A stretch of DNA of 64,000 bases from Octopus sinensis (Eukaryota), in assembly GCF_006345805.1 (NCBI RefSeq), contig NC_042998.1:161696001-161760000 (forward strand), in the 5' to 3' direction. A program made the position numbers and the translations under genes. Shown here in pieces: positions 12,669 to 26,215 of this stretch. The notes beneath the pieces were generated by a model that did no database searches, was not told the origin of the DNA, and saw only the letters and a list, made by a program, of their open reading frames with translations. Numbering within the stretch: position 1 is the stretch's first letter; every line of letters begins with the position of its first letter.

Positions 12669-14597
12669 TATAAGATTATATTTTAGTATTGATACTGCTT
12701 CTGTCACTAATGATTATTTTATAAAAGAAATGTATGACTGAGAATAAAAAAAGACGGTATTTAGTCTTCATGTTGAAGCTATGATATCAGTTTCAAAGAG
12801 CACAAATACCCTGAGTTTTTATGATTTCATTTTCTTTAAATGTTTCCTATTATATCAATCAATGACTTTCTGAATCTTGAGTTTTCATACATATCTTAAT
12901 ATGTCTTCAATTTTATGTTTATCTTATTATCTTTCAACTTCATTAAATATAAAAGAAATTAAGAGTTTTATTAAATGAAAATGTTAACAATAAAAACATT
13001 AATTTATTTTTGTTACTTGTCAATTTAATAAAGTTGGCTGCAACCTACTAATCTCTGTTCAAATGAATTAAAAGTATCAGCTATGAATATCACATAAATG
13101 TAGACAGTAAAAATTTAATTAAGTATTTCAGGTAAAGAAATACCTTTTCACTAGTAATTTTTTTTTTTTTTTGCTTTATTAAAGTGTATAGCAAATGATT
13201 TCTCTGTTATGACACTTGATTAAATACAAAACATCTAAATGCCATTTGGATGCAGTGTTAGAGGTGAAACTTCTCAAGAGCTTTATATAGCGCTATTAAA
13301 ATACAATAAATATGCTCATAATTCACTTTGTTTGCCTAATTTGTTTTATATTTCTTTAAATATACTTCTAGTTATTAAATCATTATTGGTAAAGAAAAGA
13401 GAAAAATATCTAAATAGATTCTAATTTGTAGAGATTAAAAGAATTTTTTTAAATGATTAGTTTTAGGCAAAAACTGATTGTGTTATTAACAACGTCAAAA
13501 GAATTAAGCTGCCTTTGGCTTTGCAATAAAACTACTTACAGTTTATATAATTGTTATGATGATTGTTCTAACAATGACACTAATAATTAGAGTAACAATA
13601 TGAAAATTATTCTCTAATTTGGTGATGATAAGATTGTCAGTCAGTCATAATTTATTTTCCTTTTGCTGTAAAAGCAAAAACCCCTTCTGGAAATAATTTG
13701 TCTTAAATATTCATGTGGTTAATGTTATTAATTTATCATCAATATTATTGTTTTATATACACATACATAAATCTTATGCTGATGTACATATATATGTAAT
13801 CACACATTCACACACATGCATGTGCACATAGACATTTACAGACACAAATACACATATATATATATTTTCAAATACCATACAAATATCTATATTGCATTGT
13901 TGGTTCTTTCCCCCCCCCCTCTCTCTCTTTCTCTCCCTCTCTCTCTTCTCAAATCACATGGAATGTGTTTCCAACAGCAGTATTATTTATTGCAACATAG
14001 GTGCTCCTGCAGCAGTGCAATTCTATCAATTACATAAATATTAAATGCATCAAATCTAATGTTTATAAAAATTGAATTTGTGAAATATGATTTGATAACA
14101 ATTTGCTTGGCAACTCCAAGAATCAGGTAGAAAAAAAAAATTAAATTATTACTTCAGGTTTGGGCAAATTTCTAAGATGAAAAGATTGCTTAAAATTTAT
14201 ATCATCCCTCATTGACATGTTCTAATTAAATAACTTATTCTTTTATAATGTAGCTTAAATTAAACAATTTATTTCTGAAATGATATCATCTCCTTTTGGT
14301 GTTAATTATTTAAAGTAAATGTACACATAACAAGTTCAAATAGCATTTAAATGGATTAATTTTACAAATGTATCAAATGAAATAGTTCTTTTTTTAAGAT
14401 TTAAAAAACAGCTTAAAAAAATGAAACTATTCCTTTCTTATATGTAAAAATGATTTGCTACCTTCTACGTTTTATATATTCCTGGACAGGTAAAGTATTT
14501 AATTTGGGACATGCATAGTTTTCCTTTTTATCTCTAAGTGACGACAACAACAATAATAATATAATGATAATCATATTAGTAGTAATAATTCTTTCTG

Positions 14598-14780
14598 CTA
14601 TAGGGGAGAAGCTAAAATGTTTACATCAACCCCAGTACTCAACTGGTACTTATTCTATTGACCCTAAAAGGATAAAAGGCATGGCTGACTTTGGTAGATT
14701 ATGAACTCAGAACGTAAAGATGGACAAAATTATGCTAAGAATTTTGTCCAGCATGTTTAAGATTCTTCTGGCTCCTTGCC
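14598..14780 (-). mobile_element. SINE family B, degenerate
   Basis: 'catcaaccccagtactcaactggtacttatt..aggataaaaggc..gaactcagaacgt' matches the family B core. Confidence 0.7.
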
Positions 14781-15334
14781 TTAATAATAATCAGAAGAAA
14801 AAGAATGGCAAGATGTGCAAACATTTTTCTTTTTCATATATCCTGGTTTCTTAATATACTTGTACCTAATCATGTGTATTCACTTTGAAAATACGAAGGC
14901 CATAAAATCATTGTCTCTGGTATCTATTGTTTGAAGAACATTAAAGGATATGGTGGAATTTATAATAATAAGAGTCAGCAAATGGTTATGATGTTTAAAT
15001 TACTATTTGCTAAAATTAATTGTTTAGTTTTTGTCTCATTTGTGATTTCTTAGCTGATTGACTTATTTAAGTTTTCATGAGCTGACCAACTTGCATTTCA
15101 TTTTTACCTAAATGTTGCAAAATATACTGAGTTCCCATTAGATGAAGTTTTTGATTTTTCTTAATTTTTTGTTTTGTCAACATATTTATTGCCATTTAAG
15201 CTAGAAAGAGTAAACAGGATACTTGCATGAATATAAAACTAAATATATATATGAAACAAAATACGGTGTCTCAACTAGCAATTAATATGTATTTATCAGT
15301 TGCCAGGAATGTGTGTGTATGTGTGTCTCTCTCT

Positions 15335-15392
<58 letters not shown>

Positions 15393-15924
15393 GTACACAC
15401 ACACATGCATATACACACATATATAAATATACATATGCATATATGTATGTGTGTGTGTGTGTGAGCAGTAGATCATAGCTTCTAGGGAACTATGATCCAA
15501 TTGTCTCATTCTCTACTCAACTAATGTAGAAAAATATTTTAAGTTTCAAAAGTGAGCTGAGAAAAAGGACAAATACAGACTTTTGTCACATATACATCTT
15601 TACCTAAAACACAAAAGAAGTTAATTAAGAGAACAAGTTACCTTAATGATCTGCATTTTTATTTAGGTATTTCAATAACTGTCTTTTAATCATGCATTAA
15701 AAAGAAAATGAAATCTTCACTGAGATTCTTTTTCATTCTTTATGATTTGACAATAATGAGAAGAGATACAGCTCGGTTGGAATAACTTTAATTATATATT
15801 TAAATGCAATTGGTTGAGTTTTCCTAAATATCATTGAAGAACAAACTATAAGAATACTATGTTAAAGAGAGTTTTCCAATATATTCTTAGATGTATTAGA
15901 AGTATGGGGGTATGCACTGTAACA

Positions 15925-16268
15925 GCACATTGTTGCATCCACTATTTGTTGGCGATTTCCTTCTGCTCCTGGTAGGTGCACCACTCGAGTGGTAACCCTC
16001 CAGCCCATGAGTCTGTTTGAGTAGTCATTGTTGGTGAGGGTTTATGAGGTAGGAGTGTAAGTCCTATATCAACGTCTTACAGTCACTTTTTATGGCATGC
16101 AGAGGAAACATTGGATCTCTTCATTGACATACCAGTCTTCATACAGCTCCAGAACAGTGTGAAATGAAGTGCTTTGCTCTAGAACACAACACACCACCCA
16201 GTCCAGGAATCGAACCCCCAACTTGATGATTGTGAGTGCAGCACCTAATCACTAGGCCACATGCCCTC
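15925..16268 (-). mobile_element. tRNA-head CORE-like SINE, family C, degenerate
   Basis: Reverse-complement head tggcctagtgattagg...ggttcgattcctgga, then gtgttgtgttctagagcaaagcactt. Related to the 29596 copy. Confidence 0.65.
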
Positions 16269-17203
16269 TTAGGTATGATGGCTAAAAAGTACTAAAGAGA
16301 AATACAAGTTCTTATTAATATAATTCATATTGTTCCTATTCTCTCAAGTTCTAGGACTCAAGATCTTTATATAACTCATATATTCTGCAGCAGCTCAGCT
16401 ATTATGATTTTTCTGAAGATCATATAATATCTGCATCCATCAACAGAAATTGAATGAATCAAACTTTTCTAGATTACGTCCTTTGATCTGAAAGTGATCT
16501 TTGTGGGGTAAATTATTATGAAAAACTTTGTACATGAAGTCTAAACTGTTACTTCTAAAAAAGTTCTGTTCTGTGATATGTATTTTTGTCTGTCTGCTAT
16601 CAAAGCTTATTCCTCCAGCATTCACCACTTCCCCTCGTTATGGTTTAACTGCCCTTACTATTTGTTTTCACGGTTCTGTGTTTGTTACCAACTTTGACCC
16701 TCTGCAAATCCCAAATTTGATTTAATTTGCCGTGCAGGAGCAACTGTTTCACTTGAAATGCAGAGTAGATAAAACAGTGGACAACTGACGAAGGGATTGT
16801 TCTTTATGTTGCCTGTTTTGTTTTTCTATTTGTTCTTTTCGTTGTTCGCAAAAAAAGTTCATTTTTCACGTATTTCATGTTCCCGTTTTCCATGTTCTTT
16901 TGACATCCTGTACCCACATATGCATGTGTGTATACATATTTATATATATGTACATTTATGCGTGTATATGTACATATATATATATATTATTTACACACAC
17001 ACACACATATATATATTGCGTTACACAAAGAAGCACTGCATGGTGCATGAGATTTTGACTTTAATTAAATGTAGAAAACTGCTCTAAATCATTGCTAGAG
17101 TACTTGCCTAAGTGGAACTTAGACCAGGTAATTTATATTGGCTTGAAGTCATATTAGTTGTAGTAATGAAATCAAACCAAATAGTGATATTCTAAAACTA
17201 TCT

Positions 17204-17340
17204 AATACGTTTCAGGTGTGCATAACATATACTAGGAAATGTATTTATTACACTTATCAGTGAAATGTTTTGACTGAGGAAGGTCTTGCATAATGGAAGC
17301 ATTTCCTATTATATATTATGCAAACCTGAAATGTACATAT
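17204..17340. repeat. Foldback element (~37-bp arms) with a degenerate hammerhead core in the loop
   Basis: Left tttcaggtgtgcataacatatactaggaaatg versus reverse complement of right arm tttcaggtttgcataatatataataggaaatg. CTGAGGA at 17274-17280. Confidence 0.7.
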
Positions 17341-18431
17341 TAAATTATTTCAAATATCACTACTTGTTTTGACTTAATAATTACAAAATATATATATATA
17401 TATATACCCACATAAATGTGTGTGTATAAATATATTTATGTGCATGTATGTATTTATGAGCATTCCTAGATTCTTTTTCTTGTTTCATTATGTTAAGTTT
17501 CATACATTGATAAATTTACTCTAGGCTGGATATGTGAAATTCTTTATTGATATAAGCTAGTCAAGCATCAACTGACTATGTTTTTAGAATACAACACTAC
17601 GCCTTTTCAATATGTGCAATTTTTATAAAATCAAGAACTGCTATACAAGACGTATTTTGCAATATTCCAAGAATTTCTTTCATAATTCTGTTAATGATAT
17701 AAAAATGTCATCATAACATCTCTTCTTTTGCTATTTTCAACTTCTTTCATGTTAAGGATTTACTAGCACTTAAACTAGACATTACATCATTTTAAATCCC
17801 CAAAATATGTTGACAGAGCTTTCTCTGATATTAGAATGCTCTTTCTGTGGATCTCTGACTTTCTTGCTTGACTGTTACATCCAAATGTGACATCTATTAC
17901 CTGTTATTCTATAATTTCTAGTCCTTTTCTTCAAGAATCAATCACATTAGTCTCTGTTCTTGATACATATTAAAAGGAAATCTATTGTCTCAATATTGAT
18001 TTTCTGATTTTAGGCATCATGCAGTATGTTCTTTCTTTTCATCCATTTTTACATATTAATTGGTATACTTTTAATGTTAGACAGCAGTTTGGAAGAATTG
18101 CTAAAGAGTCAAATGGATTGCCTTGCAGTATTTCACTGTAAACTTTTGGATTCTAAATTTGAGTTCCTGTGAACATGATTTTCTCTTTTCCCTTTTTTGT
18201 GGGTGGCACGAGAAAATAAGTATCAATCAAGTATCTGGCTTGTGGTGTTCAATTTCATTGTCAAATTGTACCATAAAGTACCATAAAGGCCACTTACTAC
18301 AGCACTTCTGGCTGCGTTTATACTGCTGGCTTGCTCTTCCAAGTTTGTGTTTTCCATTTAACCCCCAATGAACGATTTTCACTACATTATTATTATTGTA
18401 TCTTTGAATTTTGTTTTGTAATTATTTCTTA

Positions 18432-18805
18432 TACTCTCTCTTTTACTCTTTTACTTGTTTCAGTCATTTGACTGTGGCCATGCTGGAGCAAACCAACCCC
18501 AGGACTTATTCTTTGTAAGCCTAATACTTATTCTATCAGTTTGTTTTGCCGGACCGCTAAGTTACGGGTATGTAAACACACCAGCATTGGTTGTCAAGCG
18601 ATGTTGGGGGTACAAACACAGACACACAAACACACATATATATATATATATACATATATATGACAGGCGTCTTTCAGTTTCCATCTACCAAATCCACTCA
18701 CAAGGCTTTGGTCGGTTTGAGGCTATAGTAGAAGACACTTGCCCAAGGGACTGAACCTGGAACCTTGTTGTTGGTAAGCAAGCTACTTATCCCACAGCCA
18801 CTCCT
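18432..18805 (-). mobile_element. SINE family A
   Basis: Family A head and tail. Confidence 0.9.
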
Positions 18806-19559
18806 AAAAATTTTTACTTATTTTAAATTTATAAAATATTCAAAAAATTTAATGCTGTATTTATTGCTACCATGCTCAGGGCCAGTATCTCTTTCCTGTT
18901 TTCTGAGCTAGCATCTTGAATCACCAATAAACAATGTTTACAAAAAAACAAAACAAAAAAGAGACTAAATATTTCACACAAACTTTATTGTTTAATTCAA
19001 GAATGGGTGCTTAAATGTTTTAAAGCCTTTTTTGGCAAGAAAAATTGATTTTTTTAATGAAATGGTAATATTCCTGCTTCTTCTCCTGAGTATGGATCTC
19101 TATTACATGCTGTAAGGAGTATGGAGAAAAATATCGCTTCATAATCATTTGGTTTCAGGGTCAGTCCCACAGCATGGGACTTTGAATGTACAGCTTTTCC
19201 TATAGCCTTAGTTTGACTCTGTGAGTGAAATTTGGTAAATAAAAATCTTTGTGAAAGCCCACTGTATATTCATATCATATGCATTCAAATGTTCACACAT
19301 ATATGCACACATAAATTTATGTATGTGTACACGCACATATTTATACATATGTATGTGTGCATATGTGTATGTGCTTGTGTGTGTACATATGAAGGTAAAT
19401 CTATGTACATGTGTGTGTGTGTATCTATGCCTGTGCTTATTTTTATGTCCTTTAACCCAACAACTTGGCAAATTGGATTGATAAAAGAAGTGCTAGATTT
19501 GGCCTGTGCACAGCTCAATGTCATTTCGTAAATATAAATTTTTTGCTATTCTGTTATTC

Positions 19560-20182
19560 TTCTACTCATTTCAGTCATTTGACTGTGGCCATGCTGGAGC
19601 ACAACCTTAAAGGATTTTAGTTGAAGAAATCGCCCCCAGAACTTATTCTTTGTAAGCCTAGTACTTATTCTATCAGCCTCTTTTGCTGAACAAGGTTACA
19701 AGGACAAAAACACACCAGCATCAGTTGTTAAGTGATGGTGGAGGGGATAAACACTGACACACTCACATAGATATATGTACACATATATACGACAGGCTTC
19801 TTTCAGTTTCCATCTACCAAATCCACTCACAAGGCTTTGGTTGGCCTGAGGCTATAGCAGAAGACACTTGCCCAAGGTGCCATGCAGTGGAACTGAACCC
19901 AGGACCATGTGTTTAGGAAATAAGCTTCTTATTTCTTTATTGCCCACAAAGAGCTAAACATAGAGGGGACAAACAAGGACAGACAAAGGGATTAAGTCGA
20001 TTACATCGACCCTAGTGCATAACTGGTACTTAATTTATCGACCCTGAAAGGATGAAAGGCAAAGTCGACCTTGGCAGAATTTGAACTCAGAACATAGCGG
20101 CAGACGAAATACGCTAAGCATTTTGCCTGACATGCTAACGCTTCTGCCAGCCCGCCACCTTACCACACAGCCACACCTGCAC
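19560..20182 (-). mobile_element. SINE family A interrupted by a family B copy
   Basis: A sequence 'aagcttctt|accacacagcc' is split by the insertion at 19931-20160. Confidence 0.88.
19931..20160 (-). mobile_element. SINE family B (full length, nested)
   Basis: Reverse-complement head ggtggcgggctggcagaagcgttagc..ttctgagttcaaattc..gtcgactttgcctttcatcc, tail ..gtgggcaataaagaaat. Confidence 0.9.
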
Positions 20183-21296
20183 CTATTGATGAAAAATATG
20201 AAAAGTGGCAAAACCCCTTGAAGGAGGTACCCCAGAATGGCCACAATCCAATGACTAAAAAATAACATTAAGAGAATAAAAGAAAGGGCAATGGGTGAAT
20301 ACCTCTTAAGCATGAAACAACAGCAATGAGAACAATCATAAAAGAACAAAGGAGGAAAAGATACACCTTTATAGGAGGTTATTTGCAACATTATCTTTCC
20401 ATAATCTTCTATATTACTTGTGGCCTCTTCTCTCAGCTAATTGGATTGCTTTAATGATGTTCATTGCAAAAGGAAGTCTTAGTTTTGCATTTACTGATAC
20501 GCCTATTAGCCATTACATGGTCCATTGTAGACTCTGTGCTTCAGAGATAAAAGGGAAGATTCAACAGGAAATAATAAACAGGGTTAAGTCTTTCTTTAGC
20601 AAAAATAAAAATAAAGTAAAAAGCAAAAAAACAAAAAAAAAATAGAAAAGCACCCAAAAAACAGTTAATTTGCTTTAACTGATTACACCTCACCTCTTTC
20701 TCTTTGTCTTCATTTTTTACATTTTCATCTTCCTCTGTTTTTTATTTTTTTCTTCTTTTCCCTGTATAACAGATCTAAGAAAGGTTATTAACATATTCAC
20801 CATTCGTTTAGCTACTTAGAGCTGAAAGATTTTTTTGAAATATCCTCAAGATCATCACTTCAGAGTAGTTATAAAGAATAAAATTTGTTTTATAGCTTTT
20901 TTTTCAAAAAATTAGATTATTTTGATTCCTCTTCTTTTTCATATGTTTACACTTACCATCCTCCCTACCTTCATGTCCACCATTATTATAATTACTTTTT
21001 AAAATTTAAATATTATCATCCATTGTCTTCTCTTTTGTCATATGGTCACACTATTCAGATACTCAGACATAAATTCATTCACACAAAAATTTCATAGAGA
21101 ACCTCCTACCTCCACTCTCCACCCCGCCCTCTCTCCCAACAACCACTAACAAGGTTCAAGCTTTAAAGTTAAGACTTCCAAATATTTTTGTTTATTATTA
21201 ATTTTTACAAATTTAATCAGTAGTGTCGACTTTATATCCATGAAATATCACTGAGTTATGCATAAAAAAAAAAAAACTGAAGTATGAAACATACTT

Positions 21297-21735
21297 AGGC
21301 GCAGGAGTGGCTGTGGAGTAAGTAGCTTGCTTACCAACCACATGGTTCTGAGTTCAGTCCCACTGCGTGGCTCCTTGGGTAAGTGTCTTCTACTATAGCC
21401 TTGGGCCGACCAAAGCCTTGTGAGTGGATTTGGTAGACAGAAACTGAAAGAAACCCGTCGTTCCTACAACCAAGGTGTCATGTAAAAAAGCATTGGTGTG
21501 GTTGCTGGTGTCAAATAAAAAGCACTGGTGATGGTACCATGTGAAAAGTACCCAATACACTCTGTAAAGTGGTTGGTGCTTGGAAGAGCAACCAGCAGTA
21601 TAAACGAATTCAGAACGGACCATGGAATCCTGGTGCAGATCCCTAGCCTTGCCAGTTCCTGTCAACCCATCCAAACAATGCCAGCATGGAAAATGGATGT
21701 TAGATGATAATGATGCTGCTGATGATGATGATGAA
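21297..21735 (+). mobile_element. SINE A head followed by an RTE-type 3' tail ending in (GAT)n
   Basis: ggcgcaggagtggct..aaagaaacccgtcg, then ..gtcaacccatccaaacaatgccagcatggaaaatggatgttagatgataatgatg. Confidence 0.8.
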
Positions 21736-22304
21736 TGGCTACCCAGATGCACTGAGAACTTTATGACAGATTTATTTTATGCTCTACAGTTCTGTATATA
21801 TCATTAACTGAAGTTTATAAATCAATCTCTTAAAAAAACTTGAAAATTATATATTTAGTTACTAGTGTTTAAGTGTTTAGTTGATACTACACCCCACACC
21901 AACATAAATATGCTGTTAAATGTCCACAGTTCATAGACTGGTTCTGTTGCATTAAGCATGTGTCTTAAAACAGTAAATCAACCAACAGAAATAAATGAGA
22001 CAAATCTCAAATGCCAGTGATAAAAGTAATTCCATTTTCTCAAATTTTAAGTTACCTAGAATTCAATTCGTAAGTTCAATAAAATTGATTTCTTCCATGA
22101 TACATAGCTTCAAATGATGAAGATGATGTAGGATCAACCTATGGCTTGGTGTTTGTAATTGTTTTAATCAATCCCAGAAGGATGAATATCAAAGTTAACC
22201 ATGAATGATGGAAATGTAAAAGCCTCATCATTAAATACTGCAGGGTATTTAGCTGATTAGTCTACTAACACATTTGTCAATTCACCACCTCATTATAATT
22301 CTCA

Positions 22305-22375
22305 GTGGAGGTAGCTCAGTGGTAGAGCATTTGTTTGCATGTGAAAGGTCATGGGTTCGAACCCCAGCATCTCCA
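22305..22375 (+). tRNA. tRNA-Ala(UGC): tRNA-Ala(UGC), probably a pseudogene
   Basis: GTGGAGG TAGCTCAGTGGTAGAGC A TTTG TT-TGC-AT GTGAA AGGTC ATGGG TTCGAAC CCCAG CATCTCC A. A and B boxes intact and G3:U70 present, but two acceptor-stem mismatches, one base missing from the anticodon stem and one T-stem mismatch. Confidence 0.85.
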
Positions 22376-22390
22376 AAGTGTTTTATTTAT

Positions 22391-22836
22391 AGGTGCAGGT
22401 GTGGCTGTGTGGTAAGAAGCTTCCTAACCACAAGGTTCTAGGTTTATACTCATTATGCTGCACCTTAGGCAAGTGTCTTCTACTATAGCCTTGGGGCAAC
22501 CAAAGCCTTGTGAGTGGATTTAGTAGACAGAAACTGAAAGAAGCCCATAGTATGTATGTATGCCTGTATATATATATATATATATATAGATAGATATAGA
22601 TATGTTTTTATATGTATGTATGTGTGTGTGTCTTTGTGTCCATGTTTGTCCTCCCACCCCACCAATCGATGATGGTGTGTTGACATCTCAGTTACTTAGT
22701 GGTTCAGCTAAAGACACTGATAGAATAAGTACATAGCTTTAAAAGAATAAATCCTGGTGTCAATTTATTTGACTAAAACCCTTTAAGGTGGTGCTCCAGC
22801 ATGGCCACAGTCAAATGATTAAAACAAGTAAAAATA
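22391..22836 (+). mobile_element. SINE family A (full length)
   Basis: Head, (TA)n middle and tail 'gctccagcatggccacagtcaaatgattaaaacaagtaaaa'. Confidence 0.9.
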
Positions 22837-23274
22837 AAAGAATTAACCACATTAATAAAGTAATGGAAGATATCTTTTACTCATGTGAGCAGTGAAAGGA
22901 ACATTTTAATACTGAGGATATTATGTAGTATTTAGATATATAAATTATTATCATTAAAACTGTTAATATTTTATGTATTTCTTATTTACATGATCCTTTT
23001 CTTGTTTGTTTGATAAATATCAACTTCATTGTTGTCACGTTTAATTTAATTGAATCAATTTTCATTCAAATTTCGTATTAAACCGATTAACAAATCCCAT
23101 TTCTATGTCAATTTTGACTTTACAGACTTTAGAAAAACTGTGTTGAGCTTGGCAAGTTGATACATTACAAACCTATATGACTTGGAATTTCTTCATAATT
23201 TTATTTTTTTATTGCAACATCATCAGACATATTCCTTGTTCTATTCTAAGGGTTTATATTTCCCATTCTGTCAG

Positions 23275-23317
23275 TTGTCTTGGATAGTAGCCAGTTTGGG
23301 AGATGCCAAGGAGAATG
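23275..23317 (+). CDS. Candidate 43-nt internal exon of an unidentified gene
   Basis: Acceptor tttatatttcccattctgtcag| and donor |GTATGA. Open in phase 0 (LSWIVASLGDAKEN) and phase 1 (VLDSSQFGRCQGE). No recognised homology. Confidence 0.3.
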
Positions 23318-23854
23318 GTATGACATTCAAGTTATAAATACTCAAGTGAGACTAATCCTCTTTATCTTTTCTAGTTTTTCTCTACCAAAACATTTTTGTT
23401 TTAATGTATGCATTTACACTGTTTTAAATGTAAAACTTCTCTCAAAATTATCTGTTATTCTACTTTCTCTCCCTCTCTCTCACTTTCCCTCCCTTTCTCC
23501 CCTCTCTCCCATTTCCTCTTCTCAAATATATAAGCAAATATGCATAATCAAATATATAAATAAATTCGTTCTAAATTTCAAATCGAGGTAAATGTAAACA
23601 TTAATGTTTCTCGTTTAATAATTTTCTATTTGAATCGAACATGCATAGTTATATTTGTGAGTTATGTTTTAAATCTTCTGTATTGTGTTACATAAATTAT
23701 CAAGTTCAGTTATATATTTCTTCTGTACTGAAATAATTATTGAAACTCCTTTTATTTGGAGGTAAGCTGGTGATCTTTTTTTCAGAAGTAAAAGAATTTT
23801 TTTACTTATACCGGTCTAAATATTTGCACATGTTTATGCATGTACATACGCATG

Positions 23855-23902
<48 letters not shown>

Positions 23903-24002
23903 TATACACATACATACATATGCCGGTGTAAATCTGTATGCATACATACATACATAAATACATACATGCATATATTTATATATATTATATATATAATTAT
24001 CA

Positions 24003-24455
24003 TCAGCATCATTTAACGTCTGTTGTCCATGCTGGCATGGGTTGGCCAGTTTGAGCTGGGCTGATAAGCTGAGGGGCTGCACCAGACATGCTTTTATGTC
24101 CCACCAGCATGGGTGTCATTTGTGTGACGCCAATATCTGCTACAACTTATTGGGTCTTCTTCTCAAGCACAGGATATTGCCAAAGGTTTTGGTCATTTGC
24201 CATTGCCTCGATGAGGCCCAGCACTCTAAAGGTGTTTTTCACATGCCACCAGCAAGGGTGCTAGTTACACAACACCAGCATCAGCCATTACCTCTGTGTG
24301 GCCTAACACTCGAAAGGTTCTTTTTACTTGCCAGTTATGTGCCACCAACAATGGTCACCAACTAAAATTTCATTTGCCTTGACGTGTCTTCTCAAGCATG
24401 ACGTAATGCCAAATGTCTCAGTCACTAGTCATTGCCACCGTTTAACATTCAAAGA
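24003..24455 (-). mobile_element. RTE-type LINE/SINE 3' tail
   Basis: 'catcagcatcatttaacgtctgttgtccatgctggcatggg' is the reverse complement of the (GAT)n-ending tail. Confidence 0.75.
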
Positions 24456-25383
24456 TCATGCAAAGATCATGTGTATATATACACACACATACATGACAGG
24501 TTTCCAAAATGTTTTCACCAGCCAAACTCCTTGTTCTATTGTATCACACAATAGTTGAAACCAACAAGAATCATATGATTGAGATACAAGCTTCATATTC
24601 ACTGCGCTATGCTTGTATATACAGAAATGTACATGCAAGCATATGCTGACCGATTATATTATTCAGTGGAAGGGCCTGAATAAATTACAGTGTGGTACTC
24701 TTCTAGTTTCTTAAAGCTTCAAATACAAATGCTAACACTGACCACTCTCTGATCTACACTCTTTGACATATTGAACATATGTCATCTAGAAACATATTTA
24801 AGGCTCCTGAAATAACAAAACACCATCCTATACTTGATGAATCTTGATTAGAAATAAGAAAAGCTTCATTTAATAAAAATTGTGATGTGAGTATGATAAG
24901 TCTGCCATAAAATTCCTTATAAAAGTTTACTCTTTTACTTATATGCCGAACCAAACCCAAATAATAATAATAAAAAAATTCATAGCAAACCAGATGAACT
25001 CTCTACCACCTTTATTTCATCTCTGATCCCCCAAAACATTATTTCCTCTTGTCCTACTTTATTTCCACATTCCTACACAATTATTTTACTTGTCTATTTA
25101 CACCACACCTAATTTTCATTTATATTCACCTGTCAGAGGTGTATTAACATCCTGCAAAGAGCTATACATCAAGCCAGAAGGACTAAAGTAAACCACAGTC
25201 ACATAGTAAACCATAGCCATCTAGGAAGTTGCAACTTTGAATTCACTATAAACCTTTATCTTATATATATATATATATACACACAGGTGAACACATAAGT
25301 GCAAAACAAGGTGGGAAAAGTAGTACTTGAATACCAAAGGTAGACTAATATGCTTCTATTAAAACTGCAAAATTGTCACAAAA

Positions 25384-25423
25384 ACTGTTAATCAGAGTTT
25401 CACATTCCTATTCGTTGGACAGT
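25384..25423 (-). ncRNA. Hammerhead-like motif (family iii), core decayed
   Basis: Reverse complement ACTGT-CCAACGA-ATAGGAATGT-GAAA-CTCTGAT-TA-ACAGT. Perfect 5-bp stem I; the core differs from CTGANGA. Confidence 0.55.
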
Positions 25424-25680
25424 TGTGATGAAAACCGTCATGTGAAGGTTGGCAACAACCCAACTCACAGTCTTTCTGGCTTTCTAGCAAGTTAACCTTC
25501 ATTCTTTGTGATTCAATGTGGTTCTTTTGTTTTTCAAATGTTCCTGTGGGTATCTTTGTCACTTTCAAGTTAGCTTTATGCTTATTCTTGTACCTATGCA
25601 ACGGTCTTACTAAAGCTTTTCCTTCCATCATGGAGCTAACTACACATAAGGACTTTTGGCGTTCTGCTGTCACTCATTCT

Positions 25681-25910
25681 TATTTCTTTACTGCCTACAA
25701 GGGACTACACACAGAGGGGATAAACAAGGAGAAACGGATTAAGTCGATTATATCAAGCCCAGTGCATAACTGGTACTTATTTAATAAACCCCAGAAGGAT
25801 GAAAGGCAAAGTCGACCTTGGTGGAATTTGAACTCAGAACATAAAGACAGACAAAAATACCGTTAAGCATTTTGCCCGGCGTGCTAACATTTCTGCCAGC
25901 TCGCCGCCTT
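25681..25910 (-). mobile_element. SINE family B (full length)
   Basis: Same head and tail as the 19931 copy. Confidence 0.9.
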
Positions 25911-26215
25911 CACTCATTCTAATGACATGACATATGGTGTAGTAATACAAACAATGTATGTATGTATGCATGCATGTATGTATGTATATACATACTTCGT
26001 TTTCGTATTTGATTTGCAAGATTCTTTATGTGAAATCATGTCTTGAAACAAATTATGTTGTGTGTCTAGAGACAGTAATTATGTCAATATTAAAAACACA
26101 TGCACTGGTTCAATTCCACTTCTTTATTACTAGTCAATTGATTAAATATGTATCCCACTAACTAATCGATCATTTATTTAACTTGTTGGTTAAACAGCCA
26201 ATCATTTTTTTTGTT

